This document shows, one piece after another, positions 26,690-41,831 of a stretch of DNA of 64,000 bases; within the stretch, counting starts at the first letter, position 1; every line of letters begins with the position of its first letter. Location of the stretch: positions 112,654,001 to 112,718,000 of the forward strand of contig OZ024742.1 in NCBI GenBank assembly GCA_964016885.1, written 5' to 3'. The position numbers and the translations under genes were made by a program. The notes under the pieces were generated by a model. It was not told the DNA's origin. It did not search any database and saw nothing but the letters and a program-made list of their open reading frames with translations. This DNA is from Eledone cirrhosa (taxonomy: Eukaryota).

Positions 26690-28236
26690 ATTATATTTTC
26701 ACTATATTGCACTGTGTATAACTCTACACCTCGACACTGAAGTGAACGTAAACATCGAGTGCTCACCCAGGTGAACCTACAGTAACTCCAAGTTACACTC
26801 CCTGGATATATATATATATATATATATATATGGGGGGGGGGGTCCGTCTGTCTGAGCTTCTTCTCACCCTCAATGGCTTCTCCTTTTCGGGTGAATTCTG
26901 TCAGCAGGTCTCTGCGTAGCGATGGGAACCAGATGCAGCAACGCATATATATGAATAAATTAAGCCCAATTAATAGTAGATTCAAATATTGCACAGGCAA
27001 CCTGAGAGAGAAATGAAACATGGAGTACAGGTTAAATTGTAGTCTAGATAGGTGAGAAACAAAACGAGGATATAGTTTATTGAACACCCAAATGATTTAG
27101 AAGTCGACCATAAGTACGAACTATAACATGAAAAAAGACATGAACTACATCACATCATTTCGTATTGAACATTTTGAATGTAGGTTATAAGTATGAATGT
27201 TCAGTAGAATTTCGTAGCTGTCTTAGTGGACTAGCTGTATGTCCTAGAGACGGTGGAGATTCTGGTCTTGGGTCCAATCATTGTCGAGAAGCTGCATGTA
27301 ATATTTTAAGTTTTTATTGTACATCCCATAGAAAAAAAAATCCTGAAATGTTTTAGCGTAAACCCTACTCCCGGCCAGGATCACCAACGCCTATGATTCC
27401 TCCAACTAGGCCACCGAGACAGCCATGAAAGGATAATGAATATGGCAAATTATAAACCTACCTTCAAAATCAAAGTTGAAAAGATGTGGTGTCGTTCATG
27501 GCTATAGAGGTATTTCTCATATTTAGTGTCAAGTTGTCAATCTTCTTGCTCTTTGGTAACAACCTGTTATTCGTATGTGTATTGAAGTGTTGAAATAATT
27601 TAATTTGATTATTTTAACAAACAAATAATATATATATATATATATACAGTGGCGGAGGACTGGCCAGGTTGCCAGGTTGCCCAATGGTAGGTGGGCCCCA
27701 GGAAGCACATGGTAACATTACAGGGGCCCACAGTAGCATTGCAGGGCCCACTGAAATATGTTAGGTGCAATACTTTCAAAAAATACTTTAAGACTAAGAG
27801 AAAGAATTTAAAAAAAAACAAAAGCAATTAAGCAAAGCATTTGGTCAACCAATTCCCCAGGCAATTAATAGAAACAGAAATGTATGATAGTGCAAATAGC
27901 TGGAATCCGTGATTGTACATTCTACTGAATCTCTGTTAGTTGGGTAAAACTGTTAACTAACTAAAAGAGAACAAAGGACAACCACAGACTGAGATATGAA
28001 CTTCCCTCCCTACATATAATGTAACAACTACTAATCTTTCTTCCCCTTTTATTAATTATATAGATATGCAACTTAACTGCATTTTGCACATCGGCAGTTA
28101 AAAAAGCATATACTGCTGAAACCGGTACCATTATTAAATGCGGAAACCCCCACTTTATAAATAGATGTTTTGGTATCATACTGAAAAAATTTACCCCCAT
28201 TTTCTATGGAAAATATTTTTTTCCATTTTACTCTTT

Positions 28237-28321
<85 letters not shown>

Positions 28322-29504
28322 TATATATATATATATATATATATATGATGTTGATGTGGTGAATAAGGATGGTGTGTTCAATAGATTCTGATTCAATTCA
28401 TTTATTAGAAAATTATATTGATTTGAATATAAAGCACTGATGGCATTTCGTTGTCTTGTAACGTGTGTGTGTTTTTAGACGATATTACATTTCTAAAAAA
28501 ATAGTATATATATATATCTTACTAAAAAACAAAAAAAATAAATAAATGAAAGAAAATTGAACTTTTCCCTTAACCGTGCACACGGAATATGCAGAAGGGT
28601 ATCAGTTCATTGGCAAATATAAGCGACAAATAAATATATAATTTTAGTCCATTAGACAATAGGTAATGATATATAGATTCGAGTTACCAATTTACATATA
28701 TTTGCAAGCAGATTTTTACATGTAAAAACACACAAACACACAGATCACCAGATAATGGGAAAATCTAACTTCAAATATACCTCCAATAAGAAAAGTATTT
28801 GTTATTTCTTCATCTCTTTTTCCTTCTTTAGTTTCTTTCTATGGTTTGACTAATATAATCCACACCACGCCTCGAAAGGATCCATTTCAGTCATAATTAT
28901 ATCTATAATTGTATTTCTATTTCTTTCCCTTGGTTGTCTTATTCTTGTCAATATCTCTAATCCTTTAAAATTAATTTGAAAACTTCACAAAATAGAGCCC
29001 CGCTATGTCTCCCCTCACGCAACAGAAGACTAAAGCAAAACATCATATTTACATTTAGCTATTTTTAATTATTTATACAAACACTACAAAAAACCTGAAC
29101 TCTTGACACAACGGCCCGCCAACTAAACACTCTCACGCAGATCAACAAACCACCCTCAAGACAATGTATTCAAATCAAAAGAATTTTCTAAGGAATCAAT
29201 TGAGTCTTGACTTGGTGAACGGCAGATCATCCTGAAGCGTCCCATCTTCATAAAGAACACATCAATAGGAAGAGATTTTGAGAGAAAATCCTCATAGGTT
29301 CTAACTGCACACAACTTATAAGAACAGATGTTTTTAATATTTGATAATATTGATATATGAAATATTGATATATGATACTAAAACAGCAATATTTGGTAAA
29401 ACGTAAATCGATTTAAAGTAACATTTAATGAATATCTATCCTGTCCTTGGCACTTTTACTTCTTACCTATAATTTTCTATTTGTATATACTTAACCACCT
29501 AGTA

Positions 29505-29692
29505 TCAGTAGTAGTAGTTAGCACTAGCAGTAGTGGTAGTAGTCATAGTAGTAGTGGTGGTGGTGGTAGTAGTAGTGGTAGTAGTAGTAGTTATAGTAGT
29601 AGTAGAAGCAGCACCAAGGGCAGTAGTAGTAGTAGTAGTAGTAGCAGCAGAGCAGCAGGAGCAGTAGTAGTTGTAGTAGTAGTGGTAGTTGT
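29505..29692. repeat. (AGT)n-rich microsatellite
   Basis: Direct inspection. Confidence 0.9.
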
Positions 29693-31133
29693 AAAGATAT
29701 TTAAGTGATTTCATATATCATTGGCACACAGACTGATAGATACACAAAAATTATATCTTGACCAGTTCTTAGTTGAAGATTATATGCATTAATCTTCAGC
29801 GTCCATTGGAGATGAGTGATATTTCCTTTACATCACCGATGATATACATGCAAATGTATTCACTGAAAATATTGAAATCTTTATTCACAGATTCAGTGAA
29901 GTTTAATTTCAATTTAACCTCGTCCAAAAATCTTTATCAATATCCCTTCATTTCTAAATGCTGTGGAATTTTATCAGTAAATTTATGCAAAATATGCAAA
30001 TTTCTTTTTTATTTCTATTAGAAAAAAAAATGAAACAAAAACGGAAAAAATGATTATTTCTGAATGAATATGTTTTTTAGGAATTTATCAAGAGATAATG
30101 GCTAGTAGCTTTCAATTTTGTAGTTAAAAATGAGAAAAAGTTACAAAATAGGGACGTAAAATCTCTTAAAATGTTAATGATCCTGATAATAAAATTGGTA
30201 ATTGTTTTATTATTATTATGATTGATTTCACTCCTGTATTGAACAGCATTTAGCAAAACCACATTCGACATAACTAAATAATATTTAAAATAATTTGTAG
30301 TTTGTGTATATGTAAAAGACAAATTTGTAAATTTCAAACAAAATATTATCTATAACGAACATTGTTTAATATAATATTATTTACTAATGTTATGTGTGTA
30401 GATAACATTGTTGTACCATAGTTGATACTTTATATGATGGTTTCAATTCCATGTTGGCAGCGAAAAAAGAAGAGCAGCCGAGTGTGCATAGTGATAGTAT
30501 ATATCTGAAGTTTGAAAATCAGTGGTATCATTAACATTAGCGTCACCCTAGACTTAACATCAGCCTATAGAGTAGATAGAGTGATATTTAGAACATAAAG
30601 GACTGCTTTCTAAAACATTTCTGGTTATAAGAGAGGCAATTAACATATTTACTAATGAGACCAATATAATAATTTCTAAGATGAACCTTATGGGAAATAA
30701 AGTTAGAGTTTCATTGAATAAGTGATCATCCAGGGAAAACTCTAATCGTTCGCATGGAAAATATAAAATTTTTCATGTTAAACTATATTTATATCTACAA
30801 ACGAAATGATTAGTAGACGAGAAATATATGGGAGAACATTGTCAACAGTCATCAACGAAACACTGGAGGGAAATCGTTGGTCTCGAAATTATATCTATTC
30901 AAAATGTTGTTTATTTGATAGGTTTGTATGTAGTGCAAATGATAAACTTTGTCAGCAGTGTTCCGTACAAAGGAAGAACAAGTCGCAAATACCCAGAAGC
31001 ATGTACGATGCTTACTTGAGACATTGGCACAACGTACTTGAATGTCATATTTAATGGTCTAGACAGCTTTTGATTTTATACACCATTAACTGAAGCTCGA
31101 TAAAAACACACTCAGACGAATGTACTTATATAT

Positions 31134-31177
<44 letters not shown>

Positions 31178-31179
<2 letters not shown>

Positions 31180-31738
31180 CATTTCTGAATTTGTTTAGCA
31201 AGATTCTTTATCTGAAATCGTGTGTTGAAACCGATATTGTTATACTTTGGGAGGGTCATGTTGTAAATAAGAAACACACGCAGCAGTTACTTTCACTTCA
31301 ATTTATTATAATAAATTTATAATAAATTTATAAATTTCTGGTTGGTTGGTTGGTTCCACAACCAGATAGTTGTTTATATATTGTCATAGTTCTTTCGTCA
31401 CACACTCTGTGACCTCTTCAGTGACTGGGGATTCCTTTCTTTGTTTCTGTGCCTCTCCTTTGTTCTGTCCTACGCCATTTTGTTTCTGTGTGTGAAACAA
31501 AATGGCGTAGGACAGAACAAAGAAGAGGCACAAAAACAAAGAAAGGAATCCCCAGTCACTGAAGAGGTCACAGAGTGTGTGACAAAAGAACTATGACAAT
31601 ATATAAACAACTATCTGGTTGTGGAACCAACCAACCAACCAGAAATTTATAAATTTATTATAAATTTATTATAATAAATTGAAGTGAAAGCAACTGGTGC
31701 GTGTGTTTCTTATTGGTAACATGACCCTCCCAAAGTAT

Positions 31739-31745
<7 letters not shown>
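31178..31745. mobile_element. Fold-back of a PLE 3' end (family F3, same family as 39680-41762)
   Basis: Arms ~31235-31486 and 31494-31745 with a 7-nt loop; (TA)n on both sides. Confidence 0.9.
31383..31425 (-). ncRNA. Minimal type I hammerhead ribozyme (F3)
   Basis: gtca-CTGAAGA-g gtcaca gagtg tgtgac-GAAA-gaacTA-tgac. The partner at 31555-31597 has AAAA in place of GAAA. Confidence 0.8.
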
Positions 31746-31801
<56 letters not shown>

Positions 31802-31813
31802 AATATATATATA

Positions 31814-31900
<87 letters not shown>

Positions 31901-31902
<2 letters not shown>

Positions 31903-33065
31903 CGACGATGAATTAGTTTGCGAGGTTTTTTATATGAAATCGTGTGTCGAAACAAATATTGTTATACTTGGGGAGGGTCATATTTGTGTAATATTGCCAG
32001 AATTAATAAAAGAATACACTCACTGTTTCGTTGGTTTTCACTTCTCGCTTCTGTGTCTTTTATATCGGTAATCTAACTTACTCGGTCCTCAATGTTGCCA
32101 TTGACTGACCGACGGTCAAAACTAATACATATACAATATAGACACAAACACATATATATAGTTTATCATAAATCTTTTGTTGCGCATCTGCAACATCGTC
32201 AGTGGTGCTATCTTTTCCTCCTGTTGTATTGTATGTCTACGCCATTTTTATTCAGTCTGTCTATATATTTATTTATTTATTTGCTTGTTTGTTTATTTTA
32301 TTTTGTCTTCTTTGCGCATGCATTTGCGTGCGTGTATAGTGTTTTGTTTGTTGTGTGATGGGTGACTAGTGTGTGTTTATGTGCTTGTTGTTATTGTGCT
32401 TGTGTATGTATTTATTTATTTATTTATTTTATTTTATTTACTTATTTATATTTCTCTTAGGTCAGTGTTGTTTGTTTGGGTGTTGTTGTTATTCCATTCA
32501 TTCTTTCTGTTTAGTCTTGGTGATTGGAATAACAACAACACCAAAACAAACAACACTGACCTAAGAGAAGTATAAATAAGTAAATAAAATAAAATAAATA
32601 AATAAATAAATAAATACATACACAAGCACACTAACAACAAGCACATAAACACACACTTGTCACCCATCACACAGCAAACAAAACACTATACACACACGCA
32701 AACGCATGCGCAAAGAAGATACAATAAAATAAACAAACAAGCAAATAAATAAATAAATATATAGACAGACTGAATAAAAATGGCGTAGTCATACAATACA
32801 ACAGGAGGAAAAGATAACACCACTTACGATGTTGCAGATGCGCAACGAAAGATTTATGATAAACTATATATATGTGTTTATGTATATATTGTATCTGTAT
32901 TATTTTTGACCGTCGGTCAGTCAATGGCAACATTGAGGACCAAGTAAGTTAGATTACCGATATAAAAGACACAGAAGCGAGAAGCGAAAACCAACGAAAC
33001 AGTGAGTGTGTTCTGTTATTAATTCTGGCAATATTACACAAATATGACACTCCCGAAGTATAATA
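31901..33065. mobile_element. Fold-back of a related PLE 3' end
   Basis: Arms ~31962-32496 and 32525-33062 with a 28-nt loop. Same terminal ATGACCCTCCC(C/A)AAGTATAACAA motif as F3. Confidence 0.9.
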
Positions 33066-33287
33066 TATATATATAAATATATACAAACTTTAGTACAGCA
33101 TCAACGAAGCTTTTGGCAGCAGCCAAGCTAACGAATACAGATTCGGTCTGCAGCTAAGCACTCAAGGGTGAATATTACCACAAAGTTATAGCATTACGTT
33201 GATACAGCTTTACAAATCAAATACAGCGACCGATAGTTTGGCCGCATAGCCATAGCGACGAACAGAACTGAACTCAGGTAAGATTGT

Positions 33288-33355
<68 letters not shown>

Positions 33356-33480
33356 GCATTACGTTGATACAGCTTTAAAAATCAAATACAGCGACCGATA
33401 GTTAGGCCGCATTGCCATAGTGACGAAGAGAACTGAACTCAGAAAAAAGATTTTTGTATATATATATATATATATATATA

Positions 33481-34169
33481 TGGCAGGAAGGTATACGTTG
33501 CTGACGATAGCTAATAAGCTTGAAACTAGTACTACATCGTTCCTTTGTTAGTGTTGAACAAACGAGCAACGATGGTTGCTAGACACTACAGCTTAATACG
33601 GGATGTTTGTTTACAAACACACCGAAATTTATAATAAATGTTCGGTCAATCCATACGTACATATATATATATATGTGGGCATGTAAGTATATATATATAC
33701 ATATTATTGTACGTCTGTATACATATATGTATGTACGTATACCTACTTATATTTAAGTAACAGCCGTACTAAGAGTGGGAAATGAAATTTCGTTTCTTTT
33801 TTTCCGTTTATCGTTTTCAGTGTACCCTGCCGATTAACCCACTCGATATGCAAATTGGGCTACTCAGCCGTTAATGTGCATAAGGAAAGTATATACTTTC
33901 AGACATGCAATCATCTGGCAGGAAGGTATACGTTGCTGACGATAGCTAATAAGCTTGAAACTAGTACATTGTTCCTTTGTCAGTGTTGAACAAACGAGCA
34001 ACGATGGTTGCTAGACACTACGGCTTAATACGGGATGTTTGTTTACAAACACACCGAGCATTATAATAAACGTTCGGTGAATCCATACGTACATATATAT
34101 ATGTGTGCATGTATGTATATATACATACTACTGTACGTATGTATACATATATGTATGTACGTATACATA

Positions 34170-34175
<6 letters not shown>
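33481..34175 (+). mobile_element. F2 retrozyme-like repeat, ~1.6 units with two hammerheads (33496-33539, 33931-33971)
   Basis: CTGACGA at 33501 and 33936 (435-bp period); (TA)n on both sides. Confidence 0.8.
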
Positions 34176-34240
<65 letters not shown>

Positions 34241-34401
34241 TTAATTGTACTATTTATGGTTATGAAAATACAAAAACCTTTAGCAGGTATATGTATTTTT
34301 TATGCAAGCCCTAAATAGTGGTAGGCAGTAAAGTATTACTAGCTTATTACCAGTAAGTTAAGTAGCTCAATGTAAAAACATCAGATGAATTACAGAGCAG
34401 T

Positions 34402-37356
34402 TATATGAAATGTAAGAATCAAAGAACTGTTGAAAACATTATTGTGCTTACAGTTGTTTCCTCCAAACCGAGGTTTGGATTCTTCGGAGCAATTTATTAA
34501 CGAATGGACAGTTATATGACCTCCTTTTCAGCTAAGAGACATACCGATACACATGTAAATATTGTGGGTCAACATTCATTACAGCATTTAGAGTGGCAGT
34601 ACACACTTCGAGATTACATGCATAATAAAAGGTACAATCAAAAATCAAAATTACAGGTTAAAATATAACATGAAGATAAGCGGTTATATAGTGCAAATGT
34701 TATATGTGTGGCAAGCACGTGCGTCTTGTTTATATAGTGTGGCAGAGAGATGTGTGTGGTAGAAGCACTTAGGTAGGTAAAGAAGAGTGTTAGGTTGGTT
34801 GATCTGGTGGGAAATTCTTTATATGATTGTTATAGTCTGTGTGTGGAGAAAAGATATAAGCATTAAAAATAGTGCAAGCATTAAAAGTATTAAACGTATT
34901 GGAGATCGACAGCGAAGGGATGACAAGGACCTCATGTACTTCGACATTTTCATGGTCAGGGGAGTGTATTCTTCGATTATATGCCCCTCACATAATCCAC
35001 GGCAATTCTATATTGAGCGTTTGACAATCCAGTTAGAGAATCGTAGTCCGATGTTCATTAGTTCAATACAGGAGGCTGTTACGTTTCGAGAAACGACATT
35101 GAATACTACCCGGAAGTTTGTGTGTGGCTAAGGGGAGTTAATGCATGAGGGGAGGTAACTCCGGGGTTTCTATACCTAGCTATTGAAATGTCTCAATATA
35201 GACCCTAATTTCTATGGTTATGCGCAACTTCCAAAAATTTTGTAAAGCATAAAGTGTTTTAACTATAGAGTAGTTTATTAAGTTGTGCTGAAGGTGTTCG
35301 TATTATTATGGTGAATTAACCCCCATCCTAGGGTGCCACAAATGAATATTATAGACGATGAGCGAGGATTCTAAATTAATGATCCCTGTGGTTGTACCCT
35401 ACTCGTAGGACCAGGCGCGGTGATTGCAGAATCCCTCCAAGACACAATGATCTCTGGTAAGTTCTGGGTCATCGCTTGATACACTGGATGTCGAAAGGTA
35501 ATCATCATCAGCCGGCCAGAGATCAATCCGCAGTCCTCATGACCCCACTCTGACCATCAAACCATCCATATATGTACAACCCGCATGGCAGTTGCAATAC
35601 ATTCATTCTCTGCACTCAGCGTCCCGGTCCTACTGCTCAACAGCCTTACTAGATTAGATCGTTTTTCATCTGTCTAAGGAAGGCACTACCTCCGCACAAC
35701 ACCACCAAACTAATCAATTCCTGCTTAAATTACCTATAGAGCGGTGTAGTGCAGTTCAAGAGGGTGGATGTTGCCACCCCTAACGTAGAGGTATAAATGG
35801 GTATTCTCCCAGCGAAGGGTTCCGGAGGGATGTCGTAGTTTGTGTTATATTTTATCAGTTAGTGTTGTGTATGTGGTATAAGGTGTGCCCCTGGTGTTAG
35901 ATGCTAGATGCGGTGTTTGGTTCAAGTCAGACATTGCTATATATTGGGCTTAAAGTTTTGGAAGGAATGTCTGAAGCGGTGTTGGCAAGTTGCAAACACC
36001 TCAGATTTTTTGTTAAGTAGGTTACGGTTGGAGAAGATAATATTGTGGTTACGGTTGGAGAAGATAATATTGTGCCTTCCTTAGACAGATGAAAAACGAT
36101 TTAATCTAGTAAGGCTGTTGAGCAGAAGGACCGGGACGCTGAGTGCAGAGAATGAATGTATTGCAACTGCCATGCGGGTTATACATATATGGATGGTTTG
36201 ATGGTCAGTGTGGGGTCATGAAAACTGCGGATTGACCTCTGGCCGGCCCTGATGATGATTACCTTTCGACATCCAGTGTAGCAAGCGATGATCCATAACT
36301 TACCAGAGATCATTGTGTCTTGGAGAGATTCTGCAATCACCGCGCCTGGTCCTACGAGTAGGGTACAACCACAGGGATCATTAATTTAGAATCCTCGCTC
36401 ATCGTCTATAATATTCATTTGTGACACCCTAGGGTGGGGGTTAATTCACCATAATAATACGAACACCTTCAGCACAACTTAATAAACTACTCTATAGTTA
36501 AAACACTTTATGCTTTAAACATTTTTTGGAAGTTGCGCATAACCATAGAAATTAGGGTCTATATTGAGACATTTCAATAGCTAGGTATAGAAACCCCGGA
36601 GTTACCTCCCCTCATGCATTACCTCCCCTTAGCCACACACAAACTTCCGGGTAGTATTCAATGTCGTTTTTCGAAACGTAACAGCCTCCTGTATTGAACT
36701 AATGAACATCACACTACGATTCTCTAACTGGATTGTCAAACGCTCAATATAGAATTGCCGTGCATTATGTGAGGGGCATATAATCGAAGAATACACTCCC
36801 CTGACCATGAAAATGTCGAAGTACATGAGGTCCTTGTCATCCCTTCGCTGTCGATCTCCAATACGTTTAATACTTTTAATGCTTGCACTATTTTTAATGC
36901 TTATATCTTTTCTCCACACACAGACTATAACAATCATATAAAGAATTTCCCACCAGATCAACCAACCTAACACTCTTCTTTACCTACCTAAGTGCTTCTA
37001 CCACACATATCTCTCTGCCACACTATATAAACAAGACGCACGTGCTTGCCACACATATTACATTTGCACTATATAACCGCTTATCTTCATGTTGTATTTT
37101 AACCTGTATTTTTGATTTTTGATTGTACCTTTTATTATGCATGTAATCTTGAAGTTTGTACTGCCACTCTAAATGCTGTAATGAATGTTGACCCACAATA
37201 TTTGCATGTGTATCGGTATGTCTCTTGGCTGAAAAGGAGGTCATATAACTGTCCATTCGTAAATAAATTGCTCCGAAGAATCCAAACCTCGGTTTGGAGG
37301 AAACAGCTGTAAGCACAATAATGTTTTGAACAGTTCTTTGATTCTTACATTTCATA
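34402..37356. repeat. Large inverted duplication (~1.28-kb arms 34402-35686 and 36072-37356; ~385-bp spacer)
   Basis: The arms give matching ORFs 34787-35131 (+) and 36629-36973 (-). The spacer holds a decayed PLE GIY-YIG C-terminus on minus (LLNKKSEVFATCQHR) and a 27-bp tandem duplication. Confidence 0.92.
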
Positions 37357-37399
37357 TATATATATATATGTGTGTGTGTGTGGGGGGTGGGGTGGGGTA

Positions 37400-37643
37400 G
37401 AAGTGGTATTTAATTTGTTGGAAGTCCGACAAATATAAATGTTTATAACAGTGAATTTCCAACCGATAAGGTATGATTTTCATGGGTACGTCTCTATTTA
37501 TAAAACAAACTTTGTATTTTATGTTTTATGTGATGAAAGCGTACCCAATGTTGTCTTGATACCCTTGAAATATATATAATAATATAAATATGGTTTTATA
37601 AATATTGTTTACATTTATTCAATATAATTGTATATATATATAT

Positions 37644-37690
<47 letters not shown>

Positions 37691-38354
37691 GGAAAGTTAT
37701 ATTTAAATCGTTGGGTTACAACTATTAAATATTTATAACTGATATAACAGCACTCAACAAGTATTTGCCAAATCAACTTTTTCAAGTACAAGTCGATGTT
37801 GAACGGTATGTCAAATCTATTTATCTATAAAACTGTCTATATTGTATATTGTCTGAAGAAGGCATAACATATTGTTAATATGATATCCCTGAAATATATA
37901 TAGTGAAATAGATATGGTTTTATAAATATAGTTTCCATTTATTTAATATCGTATATATATATATATATATATACAATATATTAATTGTTTCTACTTTTGG
38001 CACAAGGCCAGCAATTACCCAGTACATTACTGGTACTTTATTTTATCGACCCCGTAAGGATGAAAGGCAAAGTTAACCTTGGCGGGATTTGAACTCAGAC
38101 CATAAAGGGCCGTAACTATACATATATATACAATATATTAATAAATGGAAACTATGTTTATAAAACCATATTTATTTTATTATATATATTTCAAGGGCAA
38201 CCAATGCAAATTATGATGCGCCTTCATCAGATACAATATAGATTTGTTTTATAAATAAATATTGACATACCCAGAAAAAGACAACCTTAACGGTTGGAGC
38301 TTCCTGGATAGTCTTTTTAAGCTTGTTGAATCCCAACAAATTAAACATAATCTC

Positions 38355-38358
<4 letters not shown>
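37400..38358. mobile_element. Cluster of three F1 mini-elements (hammerheads ~37523-37590 +, 37845-37910 +, 38173-38238 -)
   Basis: Homology to 8584-8925. Cores read GTGATGA, CTGAAGA and CTGATGA respectively. Confidence 0.7.
37985..38117. mobile_element. Short interspersed repeat (second copy ~58925-59070)
   Basis: actggtactttattttatcgacccc.taaggatgaaaggcaaagttaac...tttgaactcag. I recall this as an abundant octopus SINE-type repeat. Confidence 0.65.
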
Positions 38359-38417
<59 letters not shown>

Positions 38418-39629
38418 GTATGTATGTATATACATGCACACTCAAGCACACACACATATCTATATATATATGTATATGTATCAGATATCCAATGCCCATA
38501 AATAAACAGGCTTAGAACTAATCTAATCACAAGCGGGTAGGATTGGCTGTGTAGGTTATTTATTTTGGCTATTAGTTTTTAAAATTCCGAATGCACTCGT
38601 CGTACGCCTACCAGTATTTCGAAGACTGTGACACCATAACACACTTACTACAAAATTAATCTTCTAGGATAACGGATGTCACCCCAAATATTTCTATATC
38701 CCTCTAGCTAAATATATCAGTCACCAAACCTCTAATAAGTTCTGAAAAATATACATGACTGCAGCTGAATAATAAACAGGATATCGTAGCTGTTATACAG
38801 TACGAGAGCAGATGGCTCTTCTTTTATTTTTTCTCTGACACACCTCTAATAAGGCCAAACCCCAGATATTAAATTCTTGTCATAGTTTTAGACCGATCCA
38901 AGAGATTTGATAAACACGAATAATATACATTCACAACTAAGGTAATCTGCAGATTTATTTTGTTTTAAAAAAGGTAAGCCAACACGCAGACTCAAACAAT
39001 GACTTGCTAATAGACTGTTGGTTACGTCATAGCGGATATTCTTGCAGTGCTAAATTAACCGATGTCACTTGAAGCACTTCAGAGGCTGTCTAATAACTTC
39101 AAAAGTCGAAGCCACACATCACCCACGGATTTAAATTATATGTTTTATAAATACCCCATCATATCATAAGTTGAACAAATATAAATACACAGCACATAAA
39201 TATCAATTCTTGATTTGGTACACTTTTTCGAATTATATTGCAATACATTTGTAACGTAACCAGTTTCCTCACTTTTCTAAAACTCCTATCTTCATATTAA
39301 TTGAATTTCTAGAATACCCACTTTATATTTCACACCTCACCATTTCAGTCCATTTGATACCCCTTATATTCTCGATCGGATACAAGTGTTTATTTTATAT
39401 AATTTCTGCACCATTCCCACTTTTAAGCAATACACTAACTTTTATCTCTATGGTATGCGTGTGAATGCATGTAGGTATGGATGTGTACATGCGTACCGAT
39501 GTGTGAGAGCGATTTCCTGTATGCGCGGATAATTAATGTTGTAGGTGTACATATATGGGACTCCGTACACATGTATGTATATATGTATATGTGTGCGTGA
39601 CCATGTGTGTTTGTTTAAGTGTAGAAGGA

Positions 39630-39679
<50 letters not shown>

Positions 39680-39680
<1 letters not shown>

Positions 39681-41755
39681 TTCGTTTCTGAATTTGTTTA
39701 GCAAGATTCTTTATCTGAAATCGTGTGTTGAAACCGATATTGTTATACTTTGGGAGGGTCATGTTGCCAACAAGAAACACACGCACCACCTATTTCACTT
39801 AAATTTATTATATATTTATAAATTTATAAATTTATAAATTTATAAATTTCTGGTTGGTTGGTTGGTTCCACAACCAGATAGTTGTTTATATATATAGTCA
39901 TAGTTCTTACGTCACACACTCTGTGACCTCTTCAGTGACTGGGGAGTCCTTTCTTTGTTTCTGTGCCTCTCCTTTGTTCTGTCCTACGCCATTTTGTTTC
40001 TGTGTGTGTGTTGTGTGCTCAGTCTGCGCATGCGCCACATCCGGGTGTCTGTGTGTGTTTATGTTCATTTATCTATTTGTTTATTTACATGTTACTGGTT
40101 GGTTGTTTGTTCTATGTGTGTGTGTGTTTTCATTTTGTCCTTAATTGTAAGTTGTGATGTTGCTGTTCCACTCATATTTTCTATTTAATTTTGGTTGTAA
40201 TTCTTTTATGTTTATTGCCTCTGTAATTTTTCTAAACATTGCGTCTTTTCTGTGTGTAGATTCTATTTTTAGTTCTATGTTCTCTAATTTACCCTTGTGT
40301 TCTATCTTAGCATGTTGGTAGGGTACAGATGATTCTTTATTCTCTTGAAGGTCTCGCCAGTGTTCATTTATCCGTTCCCCTACACTACGAGCTGTCTCAC
40401 CTATGTACACTATATTTTTGTCTCTACATTGTCCTTCAGTACATCTTATGCTATACACTACATTTCTAGTTTTACAGTTAATATGGGGGCTTATTTTACA
40501 GGTTATACATTTCTTATCTATACATGAGGGTCTTTGAAAAGGGTATGTCTTGCTAATAAGTGTTTTTACGGAGGTACCTGGTCTTTCTAGTATCTTAATA
40601 TTGAGTTTATGTTTATTTAGGGCCCTTCTAAATTTGTAAGCTAATTCACCTCTAGGGGTTGTGTCGATGAACATTACACTCTGGTATTTATTGCTATCAT
40701 ACCATGAGTTTATTCTATTAGCCTTGTTCCTAGTTATTTCTATTCTATTCCAAAATTTGCTCCTATACAAAGGGCAGGTCCCATTTATGTCATTATTTAC
40801 CATTTGTTCCCATTTGGTTCTGGCTCCTCTATACACTCTGATTCTATCTCTCTGATTGTAGCCAGAGAACTGCATACGGTGGATGAAGTGTTGTATGTGT
40901 CTCTCTAGTTCTTCGGGGTTGCACATGCGGGACAGATTTCTCATCACCCGTACCAAATCCGCAATCAGTATGTTGATTTTGGTATGGTCCGAAATGGCCG
41001 AGTTTCGGTGGATCAGATGTCTGGAAGTCATGGGTTTGGCATAATGGGAATGGAGGATTTGTTTTTTGTTGTTAATGGTATCTAACCAGAGCTCTGTGTC
41101 TAGTACAGGTAATTGATGGTTGGGGTGTTTACTCGGGTAGTCTATAGTAACTCTAATGCTCTGGTGGATGGAGTTTGCTATTTGCTGGATGCTTTCCATT
41201 GTGTTTTTCTCTAGTTCCTGACTGTTCTCTAGTGGGGGTGTCTTAACTACGATGTTTATATCATCTACGTAGCGGGAGTACATTATCAGGGTTAAGGGGT
41301 CTTCTAATTGTTCTTTAAGTTTAAGTTTAAGTCTACTGTCCCACCATACCATGAATAAGTTAGCTATGTCGCCTGCAATGCTAACACCAATGGCTGCTCC
41401 TTCCTCTTGGGCATATGTTTTTCCAGTAACATGTAAAAAAACAAATAGATAAATGAACATAAACTCACACAGACACCCGGATGTGGCGCATGCGCAGACT
41501 GAGCACACGACACACACAAACAAAATGGCGTAGGACAGAACAAAGGAGAGGCACAGAAACAAAGAAAGGAATCCCCAGACAATGAAGAGGTCACATAATG
41601 TGTGACGAAAGAACTATGACTATATATAAACAACTATCTGGTTGTGGAACCAACCAACCAACCAGAAATTTATAAATTTATAAATATATAATAAATTGAA
41701 GTGAAAGCAACTGGTGCGTGTGTTTCTTATTGGCAACATGACCCTCCCAAAGTAT

Positions 41756-41762
<7 letters not shown>
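39680..41762 (-). mobile_element. 5'-truncated PLE (F3) with inverted pLTR
   Basis: Coding part ~41422-40141 (GAAIG, RYVDD, VLD, C..C, VVY.I.C...YIGET). 3' UTR 40140-39680; inverted copy of it at 41423-41762. Mutated hammerheads at 39896-39940 and ~41577-41621. Confidence 0.92.
40141..41422 (-). CDS. Partial PLE RT C-terminus plus GIY-YIG, open reading frame without its 5' part
   Basis: The first ~46 aa of the 473-aa track ORF come from the inverted UTR arm and are not genuine. Confidence 0.8.

Positions 41763-41829
<67 letters not shown>

Positions 41830-41831
<2 letters not shown>

Noticed and set aside
28090-28135. agca-tatac-tgct-GAAA-ccggTA hammerhead half
   Set aside because: No recognisable CUGANGA core; at most a heavily decayed relic.
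33185-33458. ~100-bp direct repeat around a (TA)n tract
   Set aside because: Simple local tandem duplication with no further signal.
34787-35131. 114-aa ORF present twice (also 36629-36973)
   Set aside because: The duplication is explained by the inverted repeat; TTG/GTG-type start and no recognisable domain.
36241-36290. CTGATGA in the large inverted repeat arms
   Set aside because: Followed by GACA rather than GAAA, with no closing stems; lies antisense to decayed coding sequence.
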